NCBI GenBank assembly: GCA_965228735.1
Contig: OZ245838.1
Coordinates: 5,312,001-5,376,000 of the forward strand
Origin: Planctomycetota bacterium
GTDB lineage: Bacteria; Planctomycetota; UBA1135; UBA2386
DNA: 64,000 nucleotides
Direction of reading: 5' to 3'
In this document: positions 28,499-41,020 of the stretch, one piece after another
Position numbering within the stretch: position 1 is the first letter of the stretch
Layout: the number at the start of each line of letters is the position of its first letter
Program-made: the position numbers and the translations under genes
Notes under the pieces: model-generated
The model's input: the letters and a program-made list of their open reading frames with translations, nothing else
Database searches by the model: none
Told to the model about the DNA's origin: nothing

Positions 28499-30334
28499 AT
28501 GTCGTGCCGCTCTCTGCTGCTCACGTTCGCCGTCGGCACGTTGCCGATCGCGGCGGCGATGGCCCAGGGCGCCGGTGCTCCCGAGCGGCCCGCGGTGCCG
28601 GCCCTCGTCGAACGCTTCTGTGCCGAGTGCCATGCCGGGCCCGACGCGGATCGCGACCTGGACGTCACGACGTTCTTCGGCCCGCAGCATGATGCGGTGG
28701 CTGCAGGTCCGTTCGTCGAGAAGCTCGATCTCGTCGTGCGCCGGGTGCGTGGTCGCACGATGCCGCCGCCCGATGCCGACGAACTGCCGACGGCAGATGA
28801 GCGGCGCGCACTCATCGCCGAGTTCGCTCGTCTCGCGCCGCGGCGCCCCGGCGCGCGGATCGCCACGATGCGTCGCCTCACGCGTCGGCAGTACGAACGC
28901 AGCGTGGTCGCGCTCTTCGGCCTGCCGTGGCGCGCGCGCGACCTGCTGCCCGACGACGCGACCGCGCACGGGTTCGAGGGCGTCGGCGACGTGCAGAACG
29001 TCTCGCCGTTGATGTTCGAGAAATACCTGGACGCCGCGAACGACGTGGCGACCGGCGTGCTCGGCGATACGGCGGCGACGGCGCGGGTGTTCCGTGACGG
29101 CGTCGAGCTGGCTGCTGCGCTGCGTTCGTTGCTCGCCCGGGCGTACCGCCGCCCCGTTGCTGCGGACGAGGTTGCCGGCCTCGTCGCCGACCACGCGGCG
29201 ATGTTGGCGCGAGGGCTCGACGAGCCGCAGGCGCGGCACGCTCTGCTGCGGGCGATCCTCGCGTCGCCGAGCTTCCTGTTTCGAGCGGAGACCGGGCAGG
29301 TCGACGCCCCGCAGTTGTTGACCGCGCACGAGGTCGCCGCGCGCCTGGCGTTCATGCTCACGGCCGGCCCGCCCGATGCGGAGCTGCGCGCGTTGGCAGA
29401 TGACGGTTCCTTGCTCGAGCCCGAGGTCCTCGAGGCCGCGGCGCTGCGGCTCGCGCGTTCGAACGATCGTGGCTTTGCCGAGGACTTCGCGGCGCAGTGG
29501 TTCGGGCTGCGTGACGTGCTCACGCATACCGCGGACTTCCGGCGCTTTCCCGCGATCTGGAACAACAAGCTGCGGCCCGCGCTCTACGAAGAAGCCGTCC
29601 GGATGTTCGCGTTCGTCGTCAGCGCCGATCGCAGCGTGCTCGAGCTGTTGAACGCCGATTACGTGTTCGTCAACGAGACGCTCGCGAAGCACTACGGCGT
29701 CGAGCTCGCGGAGAACGGGGGCGGGTGGCACCGACTCCCGACCGCGAACCCGCGCCGCGGCGGCATCCTCGGCGCGGGCGCGATGCTGATGACGACGTCG
29801 TACGCGTTGCGCACGAGCCCGGTGAAGCGCGGCGAGTGGATCCTCACACGGCTGCTGGATGCGCCGCCGCCGCCACCGCCGGCGGACGCCGGAGTCCTGC
29901 CCAAGGACGACAAGAACGATCAGGGGCGCACGCTGCGCGAGCAGCTCGAGCATCACCGACGCGAGCGGCGCTGCGCCGGTTGTCACGCGGAGATGGACGC
30001 GCTCGGTTTCGCGCTCGAGCACTTCGATCCGCTCGGGCGCTGGCGCGACGAAGTGCACGGCAAGCCGGTCGACGCCGTTGCCGAGTTGCCCGACGGCACG
30101 ATCATCGACGGACCTGTCGCGCTCAAGACCGCGCTCCTTGCGCGCGGCGACGACTTCATCCGGACGTTCGCGAAGAAGCTGCTCGTCCACGGTGTCGGTC
30201 GTGACATGATGCTGGCGGACGAGCCCGAGCTCGGCCGGATCGTCGCCGCTACGCGCGCGGGCGAGGACCGGTTCTCCGCGCTGCTCACGGCCATCGTCAC
30301 GTCACCGTTGTTCCTCATGCGCGACCCCGACTGA
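28499..30334 (+). CDS. Planctomycete cytochrome c domain protein (DUF1587/1592/1588/1585 type)
   Basis: CAECH, MPPP, RRLTRRQY, LASPSFLFR, TSPVKRGEW, CAGCH and GFALEHFD motifs. Confidence 0.9.
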   Translation: MSCRSLLLTFAVGTLPIAAAMAQGAGAPERPAVPALVERFCAECHAGPDADRDLDVTTFFGPQHDAVAAGPFVEKLDLVVRRVRGRTMPPPDADELPTADERRALIAEFARLAPRRPGARIATMRRLTRRQYERSVVALFGLPWRARDLLPDDATAHGFEGVGDVQNVSPLMFEKYLDAANDVATGVLGDTAATARVFRDGVELAAALRSLLARAYRRPVAADEVAGLVADHAAMLARGLDEPQARHALLRAILASPSFLFRAETGQVDAPQLLTAHEVAARLAFMLTAGPPDAELRALADDGSLLEPEVLEAAALRLARSNDRGFAEDFAAQWFGLRDVLTHTADFRRFPAIWNNKLRPALYEEAVRMFAFVVSADRSVLELLNADYVFVNETLAKHYGVELAENGGGWHRLPTANPRRGGILGAGAMLMTTSYALRTSPVKRGEWILTRLLDAPPPPPPADAGVLPKDDKNDQGRTLREQLEHHRRERRCAGCHAEMDALGFALEHFDPLGRWRDEVHGKPVDAVAELPDGTIIDGPVALKTALLARGDDFIRTFAKKLLVHGVGRDMMLADEPELGRIVAATRAGEDRFSALLTAIVTSPLFLMRDPD

Positions 30335-30352
30335 CGGAGACCACGAAGAGCC

Positions 30353-31687
30353 ATGACGATTCGAACGCTTGGCCGCCGAACGTTCCTGCGCGCCGCCGGG
30401 GTGACGTTTGCGTTGCCATGGCTCGAGACCATCGCCGCGCGGCTGCCGCAGCCGTGGCGCGAACCCCCGCGGCGGTTGTGCATCGTCGTCACGCCCAACG
30501 GCATGCTGCCGTCCGCGTGGCATCCCGCGCGGCGTTCCGACGGCGACGCGGGTGCGGCTGGCCCCGACGCGCCGGCGTGGATGCCGTCCTTCACGCTCGC
30601 GCCGCTGCTGTCGCACGCCGAGCGCATCGGCGTGTTCACCGGCCTCGCGAATCGCGGCAGCTTCACCGGGGACGGCCACTACGCCAAGGTCGCGCCACTC
30701 CTCACGGGCGCGAAGATCCGGCGCACGGGCGGGCGCGATCTGCAGAACGGCGTCTCCTGCGATCAGCTCGCCGCGCGTCAGATCGGCGGCCGCACGCTGC
30801 TACCGTCGATGGAGCTCGGGTGCGATCCGATCTACCCGGTCGAGGACATGGGCTACTCGACCGTCTACGGCGGCCACATTGCGTGGAGCGCGCCCGATCG
30901 ACCCGTGCTCAAGGAGATCGTGCCGCGGCAGGCGTTCGATCGCCTCTTCCGCAGCCGCCGGCTCGCGGCGGACGAGGCGCGCGACAGCGTGCTGGATGCG
31001 ATCCGCCGCGACAGCAAGCGGCTGGCGCAGCGGCTGTCGCAGAGCGACCGTCGCAAGCTCGAGGAGTACGAAGACGCGGTGCGGGCGGTCGAGCGCCGCA
31101 TCGAAGCCGCGGCCACGATCGCCGATGTCGATGCGCTGGATCCGGCGAGCGTACCCGAGTCCGTGCGCACGGCAGGGGCTCGCCCGGCCGACTACCCGAC
31201 CCACGTCGAGCTCATGTTCGACCTCATCGCGCTCGCGTTCCGCAGCGACGCGACGCGGATCGTCACGTTCCTCATGGCCAACGAGGTGTCGGGCCGGCGC
31301 TTCGGTTGGCTCGAGGGGTGCGGCGGCAACTTCCACGAGTATTCGCACCACCAGGGCAAGAAGAGCAAGCAGGAGCCGTATCGACGGATCAACCGCTGGC
31401 ACGTCGAACGGTTCGGCGGGCTGCTGGATCGGCTGGCCGCGATCCCCGAGGGCGAGGCCGGCGACGCGCTGCTCGATCACTCCTCGATCGTGCTGGCTGC
31501 CGCGATGAGCGACGGCAATCGCCACTCACCGCACGACCTCCCGATCGTCGTCGCGGGCGGCGGCTACCCGATCGGCCGGATCCAGTCGCCGAATGACACG
31601 CCGCTGTGCCGGCTCTGGCTGTCGTTGCTGCAACGCACCGGGGTCGCCGTCGACCGCTTCGCCGACGCTGACGAACCGCTCTTCTGA
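30353..31687 (+). CDS. DUF1552 (HXXSHH) protein
   Basis: Tat-like RRTFLR, ALPWLE, PNG, FHEYSHH and SDGNRH motifs. Confidence 0.9.
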   Translation: MTIRTLGRRTFLRAAGVTFALPWLETIAARLPQPWREPPRRLCIVVTPNGMLPSAWHPARRSDGDAGAAGPDAPAWMPSFTLAPLLSHAERIGVFTGLANRGSFTGDGHYAKVAPLLTGAKIRRTGGRDLQNGVSCDQLAARQIGGRTLLPSMELGCDPIYPVEDMGYSTVYGGHIAWSAPDRPVLKEIVPRQAFDRLFRSRRLAADEARDSVLDAIRRDSKRLAQRLSQSDRRKLEEYEDAVRAVERRIEAAATIADVDALDPASVPESVRTAGARPADYPTHVELMFDLIALAFRSDATRIVTFLMANEVSGRRFGWLEGCGGNFHEYSHHQGKKSKQEPYRRINRWHVERFGGLLDRLAAIPEGEAGDALLDHSSIVLAAAMSDGNRHSPHDLPIVVAGGGYPIGRIQSPNDTPLCRLWLSLLQRTGVAVDRFADADEPLF

Positions 31688-31779
31688 GCAAGGTTGCCCG
31701 CGAAGCGGCAGACTGTTTCGAGGTTGGCGGTGAGGCTCGCGCTCGACACGGTCGCGCGTTCACCTACCGTCGCGGCCAG

Positions 31780-32676
31780 ATGTCGAGCATGCAGAGGAAC
31801 GAATTGGATCGAATCGTCACGCACCCGGGCGGGGCCCACAAGGACGACCTGCTGGCGTGTTGCGTGCTCGTCGCCGCGCATGGTTGCCCCGTCGAGCGGC
31901 GGGATCCGACCGCTGAAGAGCTCGCGAGCCCGACCGTCGCCACCGTCGACATCGGCGGGTCGCACGACCCGGCGCTGCACAACTACGACCACCACCACTT
32001 CCCGCGCGAGCATCCGCCGACGTGTGCGCTGAGCCTCGTGCTCGACGCGCTCGGCGTCTACGAGGACGCGCTGCGGTTCTGCGACTGGCTCGAGCCCGCG
32101 GAGTGGTTCGATTCGCGCGGGCCCAACCGCACGGCCGAGTGGCTCGGTGTGCCGCGCCGCGTCGTGTCCCGGCTCGGGTCGCCGATCGACGCGACGTTGC
32201 TGCGGCGGTTTGCGGCGCAACCGGTGCACCAGCCGGGCGAGACGCTCTACGAGTTCTTGCGCCTCGTGGGCGAGGACCTGCTCGAGTTCCTGCGCGGCGT
32301 GCGGTCTGGCATCGACGCGGTGGCGGCTGCGAGTGAGCGCTGGACCATTGCGGCCGGCGACGACGACGTGCTCGAGGTCGTTTTCGTGCCCCGCAGCGAC
32401 GCGATGCTCGCGGACCCGTCCGCCAGCGTCGCCCGCTACGTGCGCGCTGCCGGACTCGAAGAGATCGTGGCCGCGACCGTGTATCCGGATCGCCGCGGTG
32501 CCGGCTACGGCATCAGCCGCTACGAGGACGACCCGCGGCTCGACTTCTCGCAGGTCGAGAACGAGCCCGACGTGCACTTCGCGCACAAGACGGGGTTCGT
32601 CTGCAAGACGACGGCGATGGCGCCAGAGCGGCTGCGGGAGTTGATCCGCGGCGCCTATCGGCGTCCCACGGACTGA
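31780..32676 (+). CDS. MYG1-like DHH-family metal-dependent hydrolase/exonuclease
   Basis: THPGGAHKDD, DIGGSHDP..HNYDHHH and HFAHKTGF motifs. Confidence 0.8.
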   Translation: MSSMQRNELDRIVTHPGGAHKDDLLACCVLVAAHGCPVERRDPTAEELASPTVATVDIGGSHDPALHNYDHHHFPREHPPTCALSLVLDALGVYEDALRFCDWLEPAEWFDSRGPNRTAEWLGVPRRVVSRLGSPIDATLLRRFAAQPVHQPGETLYEFLRLVGEDLLEFLRGVRSGIDAVAAASERWTIAAGDDDVLEVVFVPRSDAMLADPSASVARYVRAAGLEEIVAATVYPDRRGAGYGISRYEDDPRLDFSQVENEPDVHFAHKTGFVCKTTAMAPERLRELIRGAYRRPTD

Positions 32677-32753
32677 CGCCGATCGACGGTTGTGTGGCCG
32701 TTGGGGATCAGCACGGGGAACCGCCGGAATTCGCGTTCGTATCTCCCACGACC

Positions 32754-33902
32754 ATGCTGGACCGTCGCGGATTCCTCGTCACCGGTAGCTGCGGGCTGGC
32801 CGCGTGTGTTGCCGATGGATCGGAGGCGGGCCTCGGTCGCGACGTGGCCGCCGACCGGCAGCGGCAGGACGAGCTCGATGGCATCCTCGCCGCCAATGCG
32901 GCGGCGCTGCCGGAGAAGGGCGGCGGGGCCAACCACTACCCGATGGCGGCGGAAGCCTGGCTCGCGCTCGGGATCGATCGGCCCGTGCCGGCCGACTGGG
33001 CCGCGGGGGCGCGTCGCTACGCGGGTGAGATCGCCAGCGCCGAACGTCGGCTCGGCGACTACGCGAGCCTGGGAGCATGGCGCGAGTTGTTTGCGGTCGA
33101 GCTCGCGCGTTCGTCGTGGCGTTCGGTCCTGCAGTCGTGGGTGCCGCAGCTCGCGCCCGGGCTCGCCGGCGCGCTCTACCACGGACTGATCCGCACGGCG
33201 CACGTCGCGCGGGCGCTGCGGCAGCGCGACAACGCTGCGCGGCGGGCCGAGCTCGCGGCTGCGCTGGCCTACTGGGCCGCGCGGTATCGTGAGTTGCCCG
33301 GTGACGCGAACGCGTTCGCGGGGCGGCGGTCCTATCTGGATGCGGCGGACGAACTCGCGGGGCTCGACCACGCCGACCTGGCGGCCGATGCCGACGTCCC
33401 GTTCGGCGAGGCGACCACGCACATGGTCCGGTGGGCGAGCGCCACTGCGCCTGGCGAAGCGAACGAGTTGGCCGAGGTGCTGGTGGACCCCGCTCTCGCG
33501 CATCCGTCGGCGCGCTTGCGAACCGTCGTGCACACCGCGGCCGCCGGTTTCCTCGAGATGCTCGTGCAGCAGCGTCAGCGGATCTGGCTGCTGCACGGCG
33601 TGACCGCGGCCGCCTGCGCCGAGCTGCTGTTGCCCGAGCTCGACGGGTCCGGCGCAGACCGGCTCGCGGAGTGCACCGAGCGTGGAGTGACGGCGCTCTG
33701 GGGGGCGTTCGGCGCGCCGTTCGATCCGGGGCTCGGTCAGCGCCGCGAAATGCCGCCCTGGCCCGAACTCGTGCGCGGCATCGCACAACGGCCGTCGGTG
33801 CACGGCGCCAAGCTCATCGAGGCGTTGCGGCGTTGCAGCGGAGCCGGCGACTCCGATCGACTGCATCGGGCGGTGGCCGCCACGTTCCTGGAGTGGACGT
33901 GA
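32754..33902 (+). CDS. Questin oxidase-like (DUF4243) protein with Tat-like signal
   Basis: NHYPM, GALYHGLIR, ELAAALAYWA, LHGVT and HGAKL motifs; N-terminal DRRGFL...LAAC. Confidence 0.75.
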   Translation: MLDRRGFLVTGSCGLAACVADGSEAGLGRDVAADRQRQDELDGILAANAAALPEKGGGANHYPMAAEAWLALGIDRPVPADWAAGARRYAGEIASAERRLGDYASLGAWRELFAVELARSSWRSVLQSWVPQLAPGLAGALYHGLIRTAHVARALRQRDNAARRAELAAALAYWAARYRELPGDANAFAGRRSYLDAADELAGLDHADLAADADVPFGEATTHMVRWASATAPGEANELAEVLVDPALAHPSARLRTVVHTAAAGFLEMLVQQRQRIWLLHGVTAAACAELLLPELDGSGADRLAECTERGVTALWGAFGAPFDPGLGQRREMPPWPELVRGIAQRPSVHGAKLIEALRRCSGAGDSDRLHRAVAATFLEWT

Positions 33903-33932
33903 TCGGGGACGTGATTCAGGCCGTGATTCGGG
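33897..33932. repeat. Degenerate 12-bp tandem repeat x3 spanning a stop codon
   Basis: acgtgatcgggg / acgtgattcagg / ccgtgattcggg. Confidence 0.55.
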
Positions 33933-34008
33933 ATGGGGCGGGCGGAATGCGCGCCGGCCGGCGGGTCGGGGCTGGCATTCCCGCGCGTTCCGGTGATCGT
34001 TCGATGTC

Positions 34009-34881
34009 ATGAGCTGGCAATCGACAGGCAGCGTCGCGCCGCGGGCGCTCGGGTCCGCCCGGCTGCAGCTGCACTACGGGGCGTACGTGCTCGGTTCGAC
34101 CGCGCACAGCCTGCTGCCGCATCGACCCGACGACAGCCATTCCAACCTCGGCTACGACGACAATCACGGCTCGCTCAAGACGCGCGATCTCGGCGGCGGC
34201 GTCGAACTGCATCTCGACATCGAGCCCTTCCAGTTCGAGCTGCGGTCCGGTTCGGCCGCGATCGACCCGATCCCGCTGGCCGGCAAGTCGATCGACGAGC
34301 TGCTGCTCAGCATCACAGCGCGGCTGCCCTCGGTCGGCATCCAGGCCTCACCCGGTGACCTGTCGCGGCGCCAGTACCCGGACTTTCCCGCGAGCCCTCT
34401 GATGACCGGCGGCACGTTCGAGAAGCCGCCTGCGGACGAGCTCCGGGAACTGCGCCGTTGGTTCGCCAACGCGGCCGAGCTGATGGCAGCGCAGCGGCAG
34501 GACGAGCGCCGGCTCGGCGAGGCCCGCGTCTGGCCGCACCACTTCGACCTCGGCGCGCTCGTTCCGTTGTCCGATGCCGGCGACCGATCGATCGGGGTTG
34601 GCCTCTCTCCGGGCGACGACCACTTCGACCAGCCCTACTTCTACTGTTCGCCCTATCCGCAGCCCGCGGACGGTGTCGCGCTCCCGCAGCTGGAGATCGG
34701 CGAGTGGACGCGCTCCCACTTCGTGTCGGCGATCCTGACCGGCGAAGCGCTGCATCGCCGCGACGCGCAAGAGCGTGCGGCCCGCGAGTACCTCACCGAT
34801 GCGCTCGCACACTGCCGTGCGATCGTCGCTGGCAGCGCCGGTGATGGGGACCATGCGGAGCACGACGGGGACCACCGCTGA
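34009..34881 (+). CDS. DUF5996-like hypothetical protein
   Basis: ARLQLH, DDSHSNL, RVWPHHFDLG and GLSPGD...PYFY.SPYP motifs. Confidence 0.75.
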   Translation: MSWQSTGSVAPRALGSARLQLHYGAYVLGSTAHSLLPHRPDDSHSNLGYDDNHGSLKTRDLGGGVELHLDIEPFQFELRSGSAAIDPIPLAGKSIDELLLSITARLPSVGIQASPGDLSRRQYPDFPASPLMTGGTFEKPPADELRELRRWFANAAELMAAQRQDERRLGEARVWPHHFDLGALVPLSDAGDRSIGVGLSPGDDHFDQPYFYCSPYPQPADGVALPQLEIGEWTRSHFVSAILTGEALHRRDAQERAAREYLTDALAHCRAIVAGSAGDGDHAEHDGDHR

Positions 34882-34896
34882 AGATCGCGACCTGGA

Positions 34897-34927
34897 GCGG
34901 ACCGGCGCCGCCGTCGCGCCGGTCCGC
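34897..34927. terminator. Hairpin between convergent genes
   Basis: Perfect 12-bp stem GCGGACCGGCGC / GCGCCGGTCCGC with a 7-nt loop. Confidence 0.55.
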
Positions 34928-34944
34928 GGTCGTCTGACCGCGGC

Positions 34945-37145
<2,201 letters not shown>

Positions 37146-37149
<4 letters not shown>

Positions 37150-37622
37150 CGTCCACCTCCGTTGCCGAGCTTGCCGGCCGCGGTCTTGATCGCGGCGCGG
37201 ATGCGCGGGTAGGTGCCGCACCGGCAGATGTTGCCGCTCATCGACGCGTCGATCGCGGCGTCGTCGGGGGACTTGTTGGCCGCGAGCAGCGCCGTCGCCG
37301 ACATGCACTGGCCGGGCTGGCACCAGCCGCACTGCACGACGTCGTGTTCGATCCAGGCCTCGGCGACGGCCTTGCCGACGGGCTCGCTCTCGAGCGCCTC
37401 GACCGTACGCACGCTCTTGCCGCGGACGAACTCGGCAGGGTAGGCGCACGCGCGCACGGCCTGCCCGTCGACGTGCACGGTGCAGGCGCCACAGAGCGCG
37501 CGGCCGCAGCCGAACTTCGTGCCAGTCTCGCCGAGCACGTCCCGCAGGATCCAGAGCAGCGGCATGTCGCTGCTGACGTCGACGCTCTTGCTCGCGCCGT
37601 TGAGGGTGAAGTCGATCTGCAT
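37146..37622 (-). CDS. iorA: (2Fe-2S)-binding subunit
   Basis: [24 protein letters not shown] and NICRCGTY; overlaps the iorB start. Confidence 0.93.
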
Positions 37623-37641
37623 CGTCAGGTCCTGTCGGGAA

Positions 37642-38259
37642 TCAGTAGGTGGAGGTGGTGCCCGCCGCGGGCATCGGGGCGCCGGCCGCGACCCAGGCAT
37701 CGAACGCCGCGATGAACGCGTCGTGTGGCAGCGGCACGGGTTCGCGTCCGACGCCGGGGTCCCAGCCCCAGAGCACGAGCGGGTCCTCGTTCATGTGCTG
37801 CCTGAGGTCTCGGAGCGAACGGTCGCCGTTCTTGCTCCGGTCCGTGAGCGTCTGCGCGAGGCCGCGGTCGTCGAGGTCGACCCAGCCCATCGAGCGCGGC
37901 GCGAGGTGCCAGTGCGGCGCGCCCGGCACGCCGGCAAGGTCCTGGTTCTTCGGGCGATGGCACGTCGCGCAATGCATCGCCGGGTTGCCGTGCCCATCGG
38001 GGCCGCGCATCACGTTCTGTGGATGCACGCGCGCGTCGTCACCGACGTGCGGCCGATCGCCGACCGGGTGACAGTTGAGGCAGCGCGCGTGTCGCAGGAC
38101 CCGCGCGATCGGCGCGAACGTGCCGACCTCGGCGGGGTCGAGGGTGGCCGAGGTGGAAAGGCCGGCGGAGCCGGCCCCTGGCATCTGGCACGCGGAAGAG
38201 ATGGCGACGGCGGCAGCGGCTGCAGCCAACACCGTGACGAGGAGCGGGCGATGTCGCAT
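37642..38259 (-). CDS. Dihaem cytochrome c lipoprotein associated with iorAB
   Basis: RCLNCH and CATCH haem motifs, [10 protein letters not shown], lipobox-like ISSAC. Confidence 0.85.
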   Translation of the reverse strand: MRHRPLLVTVLAAAAAAVAISSACQMPGAGSAGLSTSATLDPAEVGTFAPIARVLRHARCLNCHPVGDRPHVGDDARVHPQNVMRGPDGHGNPAMHCATCHRPKNQDLAGVPGAPHWHLAPRSMGWVDLDDRGLAQTLTDRSKNGDRSLRDLRQHMNEDPLVLWGWDPGVGREPVPLPHDAFIAAFDAWVAAGAPMPAAGTTSTY

Positions 38260-38471
38260 GGGGGCGAACGAACGAGTCTGCGCGCAGTGCCGCCCCGGCG
38301 CCGGCGAACGCGCGGCGAGACTCCGGGCGGGGACACTCGAACGACCATCCGATCGTTGGCCGCGTGTTCACGGTTGTCAAGGCGAGTCGGTGGCGCGGAG
38401 CCGGATGCCACCGAGTCTTCGCGATACCGTGTCGTTGGACCGGGAGAGGCCCCGTTACACGATCCAGCGGC

Positions 38472-39137
38472 TCAGAGTGGGTTCCACTTCGCGTACTTGC
38501 CCTGCAGCGCCTTCGTCGCGGCCTTCTTCAGACCTTCGTTCGTCGACGTCGTGCAGCGCTCGAGGAAAGGACGCACCGCGGCGCTCTGGTCGAGCCATCC
38601 CGGGGCGGCGGCTGCGACCCAGAAGCGGCGATTGCTGGTCTGGCCCGTGGTCGGCCAGCTGTCCACGTATTCGATCAGGGAATCGATCGTGGCGCCGGAC
38701 GGGACGAGGCGCAGCATCGCCACGGCCCGCAGGGCGCCGTCCGCGAGGTCCGGATTGCCGCGGTCGACGAGTCGCCGCACCGTGGTGAGGTCGTCGTCCT
38801 GGTCGTCCGGCTGGGAGAGGCGAACGATCGCATCGCCGAGAGCGACGTAGATCATGGTCGCTTCGAACTCACGGCCAGCGAGATCCCCGAGGAACGGCAG
38901 CGCCTCGCGGTGCTCGCAGTGGGCGAGCGCCATGATGAGCTGATACTGGGTCTCCCAGGTGCGCTCGTCCTGCAACTCGCGTCGAAGAGCTGCGAGCAAC
39001 GGAGCGCCGGCGCGAGGATCACCCAGCTTGCGCAGGCGCTTTGCGCCGGATCGCCGTTTGCCCGACAGGCGGTGATCGAGAAGCTCGATCGCCGCCGCCG
39101 TGGGGTCGTCGGCGTTACTCGGATTCTTGGCGGCCAT
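38472..39137 (-). CDS. HEAT-repeat protein
   Basis: RRSGAKRLRKLGDPRAGAPLLAAL and similar helical repeats. Confidence 0.78.
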   Translation of the reverse strand: MAAKNPSNADDPTAAAIELLDHRLSGKRRSGAKRLRKLGDPRAGAPLLAALRRELQDERTWETQYQLIMALAHCEHREALPFLGDLAGREFEATMIYVALGDAIVRLSQPDDQDDDLTTVRRLVDRGNPDLADGALRAVAMLRLVPSGATIDSLIEYVDSWPTTGQTSNRRFWVAAAAPGWLDQSAAVRPFLERCTTSTNEGLKKAATKALQGKYAKWNPL

Positions 39138-39176
39138 CGATCGTCGGAGGGCAGCGGCGCTACCTGGTTGCGGGTC

Positions 39177-40787
39177 TCAGGAGCCCGGGTCGAGGTGGAT
39201 CTGCTTGTAGCCACCCCGGCTCTTGAACCACAACGCGATGGCGCCGAACACGATGAACAGGAGCAGCGGGAACCGCACCGCGTATGCGAGCACGTCGCGG
39301 CCGGCCTGGACCTGGGCCGTGCCCTGGTTGTCGCCTTCCTGGTAGACCGCCGAGACCTGGGCTTTCTCGGTCTCGGGCAGCGTCGCGATGTAGACCTTCG
39401 CCTGCTTCGGGTCGATCTTGTCGTGGCTCATCCACATGAAGCCGCCCTCCGCCTCGGCGGCCTGTGCGAGCGCCGGCACCTCCGCCGTGACGGTTGCGTG
39501 GATCGACTTGTCGAACGCGACACCGAGCAGCGGACCGCCGATGACGCCGGCCGAGAGCAGGCCGATCGCGGACACCGTATTCAGCGTCAGCGCGCCGCCC
39601 TGCGGGTATCGCTCCGACGTGAAGCCGAGGACGCACGGCCAGTAGTAGGTCTGCCCGAGCGCGTAGAGCGTGAACGCGATGAAGATCGCGATGCCGGCCG
39701 CCGACGACAGCCAGTAAAGGCCGGCCGCGGAGAACAGGCCGCTGATGCAGAGCAGCGCGGGCGGGCTGAAGAACTTGAGGATGCTGCCCGCGAACACGCG
39801 GAACACGAGCATGATGCTCGCGGAGAACACCAGCGCCATCGCCGGGTTGATCTCGAGGTCGTCGAGCACCGGCGTCATCAGGCCCTTGATCCAGCCGTCG
39901 GTGCCGAGCTCGGCGGTCGCGACCGGGATCATCAGGAGACAGAGCAGGAAGAACAGTGGGCGACCGACGCTCCTCACGGCGAAGCCGAACACCCCGCCGA
40001 TCACGACCCCGATACCGAGACTGATCATGAACCACTGCTCTGGCGCCTCGAGCGTCGTGAGCTGGAACACCTGGTTACCGATCTCGTAGATCATCAACCC
40101 GCCGGCGAGGAATGCGGTGAGGAAGCCGACTTGTTGCAGCATCTCGCGGAACGGCACGCCGGCGGCAACGCGTTCGTCGACCGGGAAGCGGCACGGCAGG
40201 AACATGAGCGCGTACGGAACCGCGGGCACGAGGATCCACAGCGCGTGGACGCGCCACGACAGGCCGACGAACTCACCCGCCTCGTTCTCGGTGCCGAACA
40301 TCGCGTCGGAGCCGATGATCAGCAGCGTCCCGAGTACGAGCCCGGCCGGCCACGCGGCGTGCAGGATCGTGAGCCACTTCGTCTTCTCGCGCGGGTAGAC
40401 CGCGGCGCAGATCGGGTTGATCACCGCTTCGACGATGCCGTGTCCGAGGCCTGCGAACAGCGCGGCGAAGTAGAGCGTGAGGTGAGTGTCGGCCTGCCAC
40501 GTCATCACACCCGACAGCGCCTGCAGGGCGAACGCGATCAGCATCGGCAGCTTGTAGCCGGTGCGGTCCACGACGAGGCTGAACAGGATCATCGTGATCG
40601 CGATCGGCCACAGCGATGCGCCGAAGATCTCGCCGACCTGTTGGTTGGTGAGCTCGAGCTCGCTGCCGTAGGTGCCGCCCATCGCGACGCGGAACGCGAA
40701 GCCGACGCCGGCCGCGGTCAGCGAGAGGAAGCTCGCCCAGAAGAGGAGGCGGCGTTCACCGGACGTGAGCTGGGAATCGCCGGGCAT
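39177..40787 (-). CDS. MFS transporter
   Basis: Multiple TM helices; VVDRTGYK, GLGHGIVEAVINP and TAELGTDGW motifs. Confidence 0.9.
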   Translation of the reverse strand: MPGDSQLTSGERRLLFWASFLSLTAAGVGFAFRVAMGGTYGSELELTNQQVGEIFGASLWPIAITMILFSLVVDRTGYKLPMLIAFALQALSGVMTWQADTHLTLYFAALFAGLGHGIVEAVINPICAAVYPREKTKWLTILHAAWPAGLVLGTLLIIGSDAMFGTENEAGEFVGLSWRVHALWILVPAVPYALMFLPCRFPVDERVAAGVPFREMLQQVGFLTAFLAGGLMIYEIGNQVFQLTTLEAPEQWFMISLGIGVVIGGVFGFAVRSVGRPLFFLLCLLMIPVATAELGTDGWIKGLMTPVLDDLEINPAMALVFSASIMLVFRVFAGSILKFFSPPALLCISGLFSAAGLYWLSSAAGIAIFIAFTLYALGQTYYWPCVLGFTSERYPQGGALTLNTVSAIGLLSAGVIGGPLLGVAFDKSIHATVTAEVPALAQAAEAEGGFMWMSHDKIDPKQAKVYIATLPETEKAQVSAVYQEGDNQGTAQVQAGRDVLAYAVRFPLLLFIVFGAIALWFKSRGGYKQIHLDPGS

Positions 40788-41020
40788 GGGGGAATCGGAC
40801 ACGAGGGAGGCTCCGAGGCTGGGGCGAAGGAGGCGCGAGTTGAGGGAGATCGCGCGGAGTGGGCAGTGTCCAGCTCGCGCTGGACCGCAGCATGCTGCCA
40901 AAAGCGGGGCTCCGGCGCGAGAATGCTCCGACGGCAGCCCGGGCGTGTCCCAGCGATGTCGCGCTCGGCCGGGGCGCGGCTGGCTTGACCGGAGTTCTGC
41001 CGTTCGGGTACCACGCGGCC

